The translations under genes and the position numbers were made by a program. The notes beneath the pieces are model-generated. The model saw nothing but the letters and a program-made list of their open reading frames with translations. It ran no database searches and had not been told where the DNA came from. This document shows, one piece after another, positions 12,361 to 25,500 of a stretch of 64,000 nucleotides of DNA. The stretch covers positions 10,850,001 to 10,914,000 of the forward strand of contig NC_134025.1 in the NCBI RefSeq assembly GCF_964204645.1, read 5' to 3'. The DNA is from Tubulanus polymorphus (taxonomy: Eukaryota; Animalia; Nemertea). Every line of letters starts with the position of its first letter. Position 1 is the first letter of the stretch.

Positions 12361-13573
12361 AGTTGTGGATAGCATCAAAAATAATAAGAGACGTTAGCCT
12401 CTAGGCATTTATAATTGCATGGATTCAACATGTTAAGCTGTCTTACGTGTAAATGACACATAGGTCAAGAGTTATGAAAAAATATCAAATTTCCGCCTTT
12501 CGATGATACATATAAATAGGCACAAATAGCATAATTTAATGGGTCGAGTCCTCTGAATGACACTTTCAAAACAAGTCTTTAAAACATATGTTATGAAAAT
12601 GCATGTAATGAGTTATGCGGGTACTAATATTCACCGTTGGTTCTGGAAATCTTGATAATGACTTTATTGAAAGCGCGATGAGAAAAATGTTGAATTTCTG
12701 TCATCAATGAGCCAATTTTTCAATCGAAATGTCTACTAAGGGTCGAAAAGACCTGAACACAGGATAATAAGAATTTGGCAGAATGTAGGTGAGGTTTTGT
12801 ATGTCTGATGAGCTGGGAATTGTTATCAAACGGCTGAAGGGCAAGTTCAGGTCGCAGATTCATATCAGCATTGCTTTTCTAATTTGAGTTCGATTTCGAT
12901 GGATGAGCATCGATCTTCACCGAACAGATCGCACAATCCTCCGCCAGTTCCTTCAACGACGGCAGGTTTCGGTTTCTTTTGTTTGAACATCACCGGAAGA
13001 TCGACGATATGGACTTCTTTTTTAAACAACTGAGCGACACTCCTCTGCAAAACAAAACAAGTTGTGGATAGCATCAAAAATAATAAGAGACGTTAGCCTC
13101 TAGGCATTTATAATTGCATGGATTCAACATGTTAAGCTGTCTTACGTGTAAATGACACATAGGTCAAGAGTTATGAAAAAATATCAAATTTCCGCCTTTC
13201 GATGATACATATAAATAGGCACAAATAGCATAATTTAATGGGTCGAGTCCTCTGAATGACACTTTCAAAACAAGTCTTTAAAACAGAATGCAGAATGTAG
13301 GTGAGGTTTTGTATGTCTGATGAGCTGGGAATTGTTATCAAACGGCTGAAGGGCAAGTTCAGGTCGCAGATTCATATCAGCATTGCTTTTCTAATTTGAG
13401 TTCGATTTCGATGGATGAGCATCGATCTTCACCGAACAGATCGCACAATCCTCCGCCAGTTCCTTCAACGACGGCAGGTTTCGGTTTCTTTTGTTTGAAC
13501 ATCACCGGAAGATCGACGATATGGACTTCTTTTTTAAACAACTGAGCGACACTCCTCTGCAAAACAAAACAAC
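12361..13573 (-). repeat. Tandem duplication of the XPO5 terminal exon and part of its 3' UTR
   Basis: Identical coding copies at 13377-13556 and 12865-13044, each preceded on the minus strand by TTGTTTTGTTTTGCAG; UTR block 12361-12585 repeated at 13060-13284. Confidence 0.95.
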
Positions 13574-16500
13574 ACAACGATATTAGAATGTTACATGTAG
13601 CAAAACATCAAGTCGTATTCCATATTGGCAGTTTGTTCACTATGACCTAGTCCTTACCAGAAAACTTTGTTCCATAATTTCTTGAACTTAAAAGTTGACC
13701 CGGCCGGCTGCCTATCTACCCTGTACATTACTTGTTTTAAAAATCATGATCAAGCTAGCCATAACAGACCAGCAGCTTTAGAAATGAACTGATCGCAAAT
13801 CATATGGCAGTTTACAAAAGTGACCCAGCCAATTAGGAGAAACAAGGTATCATTTTATTTCAGCCTTAGATAGATGCAAAAATCATGGATGGAACATGAA
13901 GCAGAGAGTGCATGTTGGCTACTTACCCCTATCACATCGATGATAAGCTTTTTAAATGCATCTTTCTTCCTCTTGTCGGACGCTGGCTTTCCATTTGTGA
14001 GACCCAGTATATTTTCATCGAAATTCTATACGACAAATACATACATTAGTCTTATATCATAATAGTAGTGAAATATATTGTAATGTCTGTGCTCATTATA
14101 TTGACTTTATATAGAGCAATAAACTACATTGAACTAAAAAAAAAATTTAACAAAACATACAGAAAATTGCATTTTATGTGAATCCATTATTGAACAACAC
14201 ATACGGAAAATTGCATTCCACAGTTATAAATCAGTGGCTTGTTACACAGATCAAAATAAGTTTATTGTTAAATTGTGTAGAAATATATGAGTATACAGGT
14301 AGTGGCAATTGGGGGCAGAACCGTAATCATCATGGTGGCAGTGAACATGTTGAGAATAACTTCCACGCTTAAGTTTTTATGTCGTGACAAATCAAGTATT
14401 ACCTGGATCACTTCTGCTGAACAATTTGGTATTGTCATCAAAATGGCAGTCAGTTCACTGTACAATGGCCGCTGCAGAAAACAAAAATCTAATTCGTGAA
14501 ATTAAGTGAACATAATATACATCGATCTATGAAATATTTTATTGAAAAATTTATATATATATATATATATATTGAAAAATTTTAGTGCAGTAATTTGTCA
14601 ATGGTTGAGACGGTTGATATTTGACTTAATTAATCTCCACACAGTGAAAGTGAATTTTCATATCATTAGTGATGACTGTTCAACAAAGCAGACAATACAA
14701 CAGTTACCGTAGATGAGAGTTTCATTGAGAGAACTTACCAAAGTGCTATACACAAGACATGCTAATCCGATAAGAGGAGCTTGTGTGCCTTCATGCTCGC
14801 CATGAACTGTGAGTGCATTTAATACCAAGCGGAATAAATGACAAGCTGCCTCAACTGTGACCAGATTTTCAGCTACAAGCTAGAATAATAACACAGAATA
14901 TACCAAATTCATCATTAATTGTGGAATATATAGTAGAATATGCTTACGGTAATTCGGGATTATTTGGGACCGATGCAATTAATCCTGTTTATGAGAAATC
15001 ATATTTCACATTTATGTACAAGTATATTATAAATATTATCTAGATCAGAAAAATGATCTGAACTTAGCGGGTTTGACGGCTTCCTCGTGGAACAGCTCAC
15101 TCTGCTGAGCTCCTCGACAGATTTGTATCGACAAAACTTTTTTTCAGTACTAGCCAAGAATAGGGTTCATAGTTAATAAATCGTGGCCTAATGAATGAAC
15201 CAATCACATCGGTCCAGGGGCGGATCTAGGAAAATTGAAAGGCAGGGGTCCCGAAGACGAGAAAAGCTTTTTTTAGATTAAGCAGCGATGACAATGTCAG
15301 GTCCCAACCTCGGTATTAGATATTTTTGAAGAAATACGTCCTAAAAGATGCAAATTTTGATAGGATGAGTGTGAAATTTGAAGGTTTTAACTATCTCTGC
15401 CTCGTAGAAAAGGGCAACCACAATGGGAAGGTTAGGGCTCAGATCCCCGAGACCGCCCCCTAAATCTGCCCCTGCGGTCATTTCGTATGTACCTGCAGTA
15501 GTATAGCACCACCTAAGTTTATGCACTTGCGACATGTCGTCGAATCGTTCCATGTCAAACCAGTGAATACCGTCAGCACCATATATTGACAAGTAGCCTG
15601 AAATGAGTGGATTAAAAACGAATCAACACAAACAAACAATATCAAAATAATCTTCTTTGATTAGTTTGGTATGGGAAACGAAGTAATGCAATGTATTTAT
15701 TATTTATCAATGTATTTTATTGCAATGTATTTAATGCAGTATCATTATTACTGGTACCTCATTTTGAATAGCCATTATTCCTAATTCGCTGATAGTTGAA
15801 TCTTCTTTCACACTCATTTTACAATCATTTTCGAGATTATTTTCTACAACAGCGCCGGAATTCTGGCTTCTACAAACAAATCCTGCAAATTAAAGAAATA
15901 ACCGATTCTGTTGTTATTATGCGAAAAACGAACTTCGATAAAAATGAGTAAATTCTCCCATTTCAGTTTTACCTAAAATATCTAGATATTCCCGAGTTAG
16001 CTGTCTGCAAAGCTGGTCTTCGAGAACTTCTTGGGATTCTGGATTTGTGTCATCTTCTGAGAGAAGTCTAAAATACACAGACTATAAATATAGCTTTTTT
16101 TCTACTCATCAATTTCGAAATATTTTTTTGATATGCTGGATATCCTGGAATGAGTTTGCAATTCCTCAATCCCAAGAAATCTCCGTTGGAGGAAAGTACA
16201 TGTGCATATGAATATCTTTGCAGCATGACTTCAGTGAAAAGTGACAGTGAAAATATCAATTGTTGATAGGTATGGTCCAAACTACGGATGCATAAACCTT
16301 CCTAGGAAGACTAGGAAACAAGAACAGGGTTATCCACATATTACACAGATAACCAGTAAATGTACCATACTGGGTTTTCTTAGGAATTACATTATCAATT
16401 ATTTATGCTGTAAATGTTTTTACCCATCTTGATATCTTTGATGAATAAGCACCCACTTTGCTTCTAAGCGCTGAAATGTAATAAACATCAGATGAAACAT

Positions 16501-19500
16501 ATGCTATGTATCAGTTATCAATTCAAACAGGAAAAGCGACCAGAGAATTTTGTATTATTGCTTCAAATCAGTATTTTCAAATGTCATTTAATGGGAACTG
16601 CAAATAAACGTGTGACAACAAATCTTTTATTTTCAAATGGTTAAAGAAATACTAATACAAGTCATAAATCATTTTAACTGTGGGATCCTTTCGACTCATT
16701 TTACAAAGTTAGTGGTGAAATTTGATGATTACATAGTTGAATTGCCCGAGAAATTGGACCTACGTACCTTGAACATGAACGGACAAAGGAAACCAAGAAT
16801 CGGTAAGATTAGACTGTTATAGGACTCTTTAAGACACTGTTGTATGAATGGTTTAAGAAATGAACGTTTCCGGAATTAAGGAAAAGGAACTTCTTAAGGC
16901 AGCATAAAATAATGAAAATTTCTACGTGGTTACGTGAACAATGCTGGACTTCAACTCGATGAACTGACTAAAAGCTGGCAAATACAGGGACTCCACCTAA
17001 ACCAATACAGTTGGGACTTTCATTTTTGCACTGAATTAGGCAGTTACTGGTATTTTGATTTTACCGAATTGAACGGATTACCTGATAGACCGGTACCGGT
17101 TTGGGCAGTGTCTACTGTACTAGTGAAGAGAAAAATTGTAATAAGGAAGATGCAGTTTATTGTCCTATTCCTATTGTATAGGGTGCTGGAAGCATTGTGA
17201 CCACATACATTTGGAGGCAAAACACTTAGTTAAATTGCAATGCTCTTCCATGAGTAGATTTTCTTACATATCATATGTTACAATACTGTCTGCAGATGTT
17301 TTGAACACATTTACATGTATAGGGTTTAACCCTTTCAGTGCATCTACACCGCAGTGAGGTGTATAAATAAGTGATAGATTTTGCTAGTACACCGCACTAT
17401 GGTGTATTGATGTAATTAGTAATTATCTCTCTTGAAAAATGGCAGCACCTGTCAAACATAGTGAAATATTAGTAACTAACGATACACCGCACCGCGGTGT
17501 AGACGCACTATAGTGGTATGTGTGTTATTAAACACACTAGGGTGGAAGTTTTAAAAATTTTAGAATTATCTCCAGCACTATAGGGTATTAATTAGTCACT
17601 GAAAGGGTTAATATGATAAATGCATGCACCATATTCCGTCATAAAAGGATATGAATAATTGATCGCAGACTGTAATCTGGAATCGCATGGAGATTCGTGA
17701 AAACTGATTCTAAGAGCAGATTGGCTAGTCCGGGAGCCATGTAAAATTCAGCACCAAGGCATAAACCAGCGTTGCCAAGAATGTGATAGCTGTAAAACAA
17801 AATCCAACATTACTCAGTTTTTTCACATTGGTGAAGGTATACTCCTGGCCCAAACAGTGGTTTTCACTTCGACAAAGCCAAAAATAGTAAATATTACCAA
17901 GAATCGTAAGAGAGGTGAATATATGCTTGCATTCTTTCTTGAGGTTTTTTCATCATGAGGCAATCTGCATTGTCGACGCTAGGTGGTTGGATACCTAAGA
18001 GAGATATGAGTAACGTGCATTTAAGGACCATAAACAAAGTTTTCATGATGAATATTCTTAGGCTAGGGGCACACGAGCGTATTTTTTTGCCCGATCGTGG
18101 CGATGTAAATCACGGGGACAGCGATTGAGTCGGCAGGCGATTTAACATGTTTGATATTTTCGCCCGATTATTTACGCCGGCGAGCGGATCGCCCGCAAAT
18201 TAACACGTCTGCCCGCACAATACGCTCGTGCGCCCCTAGCTTTAGCCAACGCTTTCTATGTCAGTAACCTATTCTTGACTACTCCAGTAGGCAGCATCAT
18301 CCATGTTTTTTTAAGATAATAATTGTCTCAGAGCATATAGAATATGGCTAATGATATGAACATAGTAAGATGAACATATCACGTGAAAGACAAATCATAG
18401 ATTTTCAGACCTAGAACTGCAAGTTTCTCCCTCTCTTCAAGATTCATTGCCTCTGAGAATGCTGGATGAAGTTTCGCTTTATTTTCTGGAAGCCACATCT
18501 CATTCATTATTCTGAAAGACGGATAGTGAATAGGTTTTAACTAGTTAATCCATTTAAAAAAAAAAAGTTCATTTGGTTTTTCTTTTAATGCCAGGAATGA
18601 AGAGGCTGCTAGATCCAGCTATGCCCTAACAACTAGGTGTACAAATGTACAGTATTCCTCACTTTCCTCTAGTAGACCTTATATTCTCAGTCTGATTATT
18701 TGACCCTACAAAAGACATCAACTCCAATGTTCCTACATACCTCAGCAGTGGAAATAAGTTACTCAGCATCAAACTGATGTGTTGAGTTGCTGGATTGCGT
18801 AATAGACCATTTTCTCCGATGAAACATCCTTGTTTAGCATCCTGCATGATATAACAACCGAAAGAAATCCATGTACCGGTATGCTACATGGTGCCGATTA
18901 TGATTGTAAACTTTTTTTCCAAACGAAAATCATTAGGAGTGTACCTCTATATCATCTGGCCATTTGCTTCTTTTGATTGCGGCTAATACTAGATTCAAAC
19001 AATAGGTCACCTGAAATAGAAATGTAAAGATTGATTGATACCAAACTTGAAATTGGCCACATGAAATTGACAGACACAAACAAGAATTACAGAAATCGAA
19101 AAAGGCACCTGTGATCTGTTAATACCACATACATCAGCTGAACTAGGCTCGACGGGTGGTTGATTTAATCCTATGTACGTCAGATAGTTATCTGTGCTTG
19201 AAAGAGCCCTGAAATCGATGGTTACATCAATATATGGAATTAAAAGAATAACCAATTTTATTCTAAATAAGAATAAGGCTCAGATGTAAATACATCAAAA
19301 CCCAGACATACTAATGGGCCTGCTCTCTATACCAAGGGATTTTTATGTTAGAACACAAGTAGGCCTACACATCGTGAAGAAATGAGTATGGATGAAAGAA
19401 GTCCCATTTCAAATTAATTTTCAATGATTTTCAGAACAAATAAGGTCTTAAAAAGTGCAGAAACCAAAAATTTTGGTGAAGGTTTGCATCTTCTCTTAAC

Positions 19501-22500
19501 ATATGATCATTTAACTTACATTTTCATTTCATCAGACAACCAAATATCGTTAACTGGACTGATGATAACTTTGAGGAATTCTGATTGTTTTTGGAAATCG
19601 TAGAATTCATTGCTGAAAAGTATTAATTGCACTCAACTGAATAATACAACAAGAAAGTCTTAAAACTAACTTATTTTAGTTCTGCATGTGTACCTGATAA
19701 GAATCAGAGCTTCGTTGAGGGTGCATTTCTCCATTTGAGACAGTCCTTCTGGGTCGCTGCTAATTGCAGTGATGTGATTGAAAAATTGATCAAAACCAGG
19801 CTGAAAAGGTTTAACATGGTTTAGGTGTCAAGCGATAAAGATGAAGTTGAATTATACTACATTTTCCACCAGATGCATTCACACAGGTATCAGTATGCAG
19901 CCTGGACCCACCCTTGGTAAGAATTATTGGTTTTCAGATAAATAAACCTCTCAACACACGGACAAAATTTCGTGGAAACCCATCAAGAATTGCAGGCTGC
20001 ATCGTGCTAACAAGAAATTTAAGATGGCCAGCCTGGCCATTATATAAGATGGCTCTATTTTCAATAAGATTGTACATTTCACCTACCTCAATCCATACAC
20101 CAAGTTTCCTGGAATTCCATCTAGCAAGATGGCTGCCTTGGCATCCTTAATAGATGGCTGATTTACCGGGACATAAACAATTATTCAAAGGGATATGAGC
20201 AAAATATAGTAGAACTTACTAGAAGTAGACGGGGATGACTTTTACAGATTTTCACTAAGATAGAACAAGCATGACGTCTGACGTTTAACACGGCACGAAT
20301 ACGAGTGCTTTTTGTTTGGCCTTCTAAGTTGAATACAACCGTATCAAATACCTAAAATCAAAATACATGAAAATATGAGCTCCTAAACTGAAGTATATAA
20401 TATAATTATAGCAAAAGGTAAAGAGTTAAAAATCCTAAGCTTAGAAGTAATTGAAATTCAACCTTGAACCATTAGTGAGTCGAGAAGATACACATTATCC
20501 TTGTTAGTGTAGGATGAATAACAAGAAAAATTCCACAATAGATTGGAAGGGATGTGACTCCCACACAGAATGTATTGTGGGATTTCTTTCGTTATTGAAG
20601 CATAAGTTTGCACATCATATCACACCTCACTAGGAGATACAGCTCAAAGGTTGTGTTTTCGTTCCAACATAAAAAATATATTGAACCTTTTTGATGTAGG
20701 CCCTATTCAAAAATAGAAATTAAAAGTGTTTTAAATTTTCAAATACGCGGGTATATGTATTGCCACAGGGCAAAACATTTATCATAGTTGTTGGAGGCTG
20801 CTTTCAAAAGCTGAGTCAACTCATCCAGATGTCACTCACATACCACATCATCAAGGCAAAGCATTTCAACTTAAGTGATACAAGTTCAATGAATAGCAGT
20901 TTTTTAGTGATGAAATATAAATAATAATTGGTGTTAAAGCAACCATTACTCACTTTTTTCAGCACTATTGGTAGAATATCCGGTGCATGTGTAACGAATA
21001 TGAAAAGAGTTGATATGCAAGATAGGACTGATGATAAAATCACTGGGTCCTGAAATCATTTGAAAAGACTGGATGTAGGATCCAAAATTTATTGAGGATT
21101 ATGTATTTCTGAGTAGTAATTAATAAATCAAAATTTGATACTTGGCACTTAGATCAAAATGAGAAGGTTGTTCGTGTACTACTACTAAGTTTGCGTGATC
21201 AGCCCTGGAATATTGCTAAATATTTTGATGTACAGGTTAATTGAAAAATTTGCCATTTCAAAGGGCAGTGAAAATGCTAATAGTTTCCACCCGAGAATAA
21301 CCCTACTATTTCTTTTTCAATGCTTTTTCATCATGACTATTAGAGTTCTTACCCGGGTCTCATAAGCAAGTGTGTCTTTAAGCAGACGAATTCCTTCCAA
21401 GTTATTGATTGTCGCTTCAGAAAGGTTGATCTTGGTTAGAACACACTCGAGGAACACGCTCAAAGCATCCCATTCTATGAAACTGGGCGAATTCGAGTTA
21501 CACATTCCGCTCTTGTTTCCTAAGGTAAAAATAAGAATATAATGTCAAGACTATGCTATTGCTGCACAGTCCCTTAAACCTTTCACTACATCTATCCCTC
21601 GATGTCATGTATTGTACAAAATCTAATAATGTATGGCGATGTTAGGGAGCAATAAAAAACTTTCAGCTGAATTGTATAAATACCTTCTCCGAGATCAATA
21701 GGTTTCTTAAGCTGCCTGTCTAACCATTCAGTTGCTATTTGGAAAGTAACATGAGGTACTAAGAGACTAGTTTCGCGCACAACAGCTGAGATTTCACAGC
21801 GAAATTCTACAAACAATCAATAATAAGTTTTCTTCAATATCATATTCTTCATGCTAGCATCATTATATCTATATGTCCAGGCTATAAACAGTTGAATTGC
21901 AGATAATTCTTTTTTTTTTTAGAAATCAATCCTTGTCCTGCAGGTATATCATTAAATACCAAGTAGCAACTAAGGGTCCAGGGACACAATGCCCACTTGG
22001 GAACTGGACCGAAATGCTTGACAATCCGACAATCTAAACCAATGATTTTGAAACTTGCAACAATCATAAACCATTCCACGATTCAATTACGGGCTGCAAG
22101 TGTGTATAAACCAAATATCAAGACCACGCATCAAAGCATGTCGAAAATTTCCCAGAAAAATTTGAATCTGGCTAGCAATCACAGATGAATAGACGGATGG
22201 ATATACAATGGATAAAAAGTGAAAGCAATAGCCCAACCAAGTGGACTAAAAAATCAGTTCTTACTGGAGAAAAATGCAATGAATTCTTCATCGCTGTCGA
22301 AGTCCAGTCTGGCATAATCACAGCTTTTAGAATCGGAACGCGAGGGAAATCCATACTGCAAATAAAATTATGAAATTAAAATCCTATTCATAAGAGTATA
22401 AAACCTATCACAGAAATAGGAGACACTCCTGAGAAACTTTTTCCATGATGCCCGGCATAATGTGAAGGGGACTCAGGTGATGACGCTAAATCGAGCTTAC

Positions 22501-25500
22501 AGTTATCGATCAATTAAAGACAAACCTTTTGTAATGATACAGTTGCCTGCATGATTAATGGACATAGAATACTGATAAATATAGGATCCTGAGAGATGTG
22601 CTTGTGACGTAAAAACGTTGACCACTGTGAGTACACTGTATCTCCTAACACCTACATGAGAAAGAACAATGTTCTCATTTACGTATTCTCATAAAAAGAT
22701 ATCAACCATATGAAGATATAACATTCAAAAGAAAGGCAAAGCCTAGGTGGAAAAATCCAGCATGGAATCCCCATTCATGCATTAGTAAAGATCTGATGAA
22801 AGCGATATATGATGCTGAAGTAACCAGGTCCTAGCAACTGAACATTCATGTTACTGGGGTATTTATCCAGCTAGTTCTTATTCTCAACAATATTTCTACG
22901 TAATTCATTGAGAAAAGCTTGAATAACTCCCCGAGTCACCAGGAGGTATATACCAGTGTCTATGGCTAAATGGGTTTTACCACAAAAGCTAAATGGTATA
23001 AGTAATGTAGCTAACTTACCAGACTATGGTGGTGTGTAAATGCCATTAAAGCTTGTAGATAGGCTTCAAAATTTGTAGGCTGACCAATATCCATATGTTC
23101 ATGGCCCTGAAAGACACCACAAAGTACAGAATATTTTCGTTTACAAGAAGGTATAAATAATCTATGAAGTCATTGAGTTCCCTAGCTAGTCAGTCAAGCT
23201 GGTAATAATAGCAATAATGGCCTCGCAAACAAGCCCATGAAAATGAAAATCAAACCAGTCTATTGATTATGATCTTACCCATAAATAACACAACTGATTC
23301 CCAACTGCTGTTAATACTTGACAAAGCTTTTTAAGAAATATGTAGTTCTCTTCATCAACACCGGCTAAAGCAGCAACTCTTAAAAGATCAATCATTAAAT
23401 TTGGCATTGAACATTTACCAAAATATTGCATCAAGTTAACATCTTGATCTAAAATTCTGCAGGAAAACTGTCAGGGCGTACTTAGAAGGGAGCAGAGGGG
23501 CAGTTGCCTCCCTAGAAATGTTGGTAAAACTGTCCGTTTTGCATCTCCTTTCCAAAAATCTTATGCAATATCATTGTTAATCAAATTGAAATTTAATGTA
23601 TAATCCTTCACTTGGGACTGGCAAGCATTTTGCTGTATGCCAAAAAGCTTTTGTTAGGGCCTATAAGAAGAATCATTATACCAGTGTTTGACTAGGTTAG
23701 GTAACTGCCCTTTTTTAGGGTTTCTCCCTCCAACATTATATCCAAATGCTCCATACAGCCCTGGAAACAATGCAGACACAACTGCAGAACTGAACAAGGT
23801 TATCACAAAGAACCAAAGTATGAAAAACTAGGGGTCCAGGGACACCATGCCCACTTGGGAAGTGGTTTTAAATGCTCAACAATCTAACAATTTCAATATT
23901 CAACGCCCCCTGGTGACCATATACAAAAACCAATGACCTTGAAACCCACCACAATCATAGAACACGTCAGCAGCTACGATTTTGTAACTTATTGCGATAG
24001 CAAAATATGCCTCGTTACCAATTTAATATGGAAATACTAAGTTATTCTACTATTCAACGCCCCCTGGTGACCATATGCAAAACCCAATGACCTTGAAACT
24101 CTCCAAAATCATAGAACATGTCATGAACTACAACTTTGCAATTGATAATGGTATCAAAATATGCCCAGGTACCAATCTAATAAGGAAATACTAAGTTATT
24201 CAATGCCCCCTGGTGACCATATAGAATAACTAATGTCCTTGAAACTCACCACAATCATAGAACACAATATGGGCTACAACTTGCCAATTGTTTGTAGGAA
24301 CACAATATGCTTAGGTATCAATATAATGTGGAAAAACTTTTTTCCACCCACGAACGGGTACTGATGACACCAAGATGGCCACCAATTGCATCATATTTAG
24401 CTGATAAAAAATACCTGTCTCAAATATAAAACATCCCTTTCCAAAGAATACCCATCACAAATTGCAATGAGAAATGGCAAACCAGTAGGAAGCTACACTA
24501 AAAAGGTCATAGGACGGCCATCTTGAGTCCCATTGACCCAATTTTTCTTATGCCGATGGGCCCTTGGGTAATTCAAATATATACAAAAGATCAAGGTAAT
24601 TAATCAAAGCGTCTTCAAAATTTCCCTCAAAAACTTCAAAATGTATAAAAAGTGCTGATTTTGGCGAACAACAATGGCTGCTAGTTGACCATCTTGATTC
24701 TGACAGGGCAGTTTTTGGGCTGAAGGTGTGTCTAAGGTAGATACATGTGTAAACCAAATATCAAGACATTATATTGAAGCGTCTTCAAAACTTCCCAAAA
24801 TAAGTGGATTCCGTCTACGGACGGACGTCCGGAAAAACGTCTGAAAAGTGAACGCAATAGCCCGCTGGGACTAAAGTCCCAAGTGGGCTAATTACCCTAC
24901 CTCGCAGCGTCTAGAATTGTTGACATGGCATCTTCAGAAAACAAAATCATCAGAGGTTTTCGATCCTCTGGTTTTCCCTGAAAAAGTAACAAAATATCGG
25001 TGTTGAGTAATTCGTTTCCAGTGAGACTTTTTTAACAATGGCAAGAGAAAACGTACTTTACGTTCAACGATTTCGAGTAAGCAATTCGCAGCAGGCAATC
25101 GTAGTTGTTTGTCGGCCAGCAATAAACACAGCATCTGCAACAGTAGGTTATTGTTAGCAGTTATGTGGCTCATGGAGACCCAGTCCACGTAGCCATACAG
25201 CGCCGACAAAGTACTGGAAGCAACCTTGCACATCATAAGACCTGAGTCGGTTTCAGGATTTGCCTGAAATCGAAGGATGAAATGAAACTTATAATCAAAA
25301 AAATATGGAAACATGCTCCTATGACCAATACGATTCCACGATATTTTCTCTTCCATGTATATTCATCTATTGCCCAGGAACTTGTCGCGAGAACCCACTG
25401 AGATAACAGACAAGCTTCAGTCAAACCTGACCACAAAACTTATTCTCAGTTTGATATTCGATGTTTGGCAAATGCAGAGGGAAAATGTTGTACTTCAGAA

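Noticed and set aside
12800-12845. CTGATGAGCTG...CGGCTGAAGG as a hammerhead or SECIS element
   Set aside because: Lacks GAAA after the stem, SECIS spacing does not fit, and it is antisense to the XPO5 3' UTR.
13688-13868. Sequence shared with ~27212-27414, ~33248-33405 and ~63290-63640 as a conserved regulatory element
   Set aside because: Diverged, truncated copies in unrelated positions are better explained as an old dispersed repeat family.
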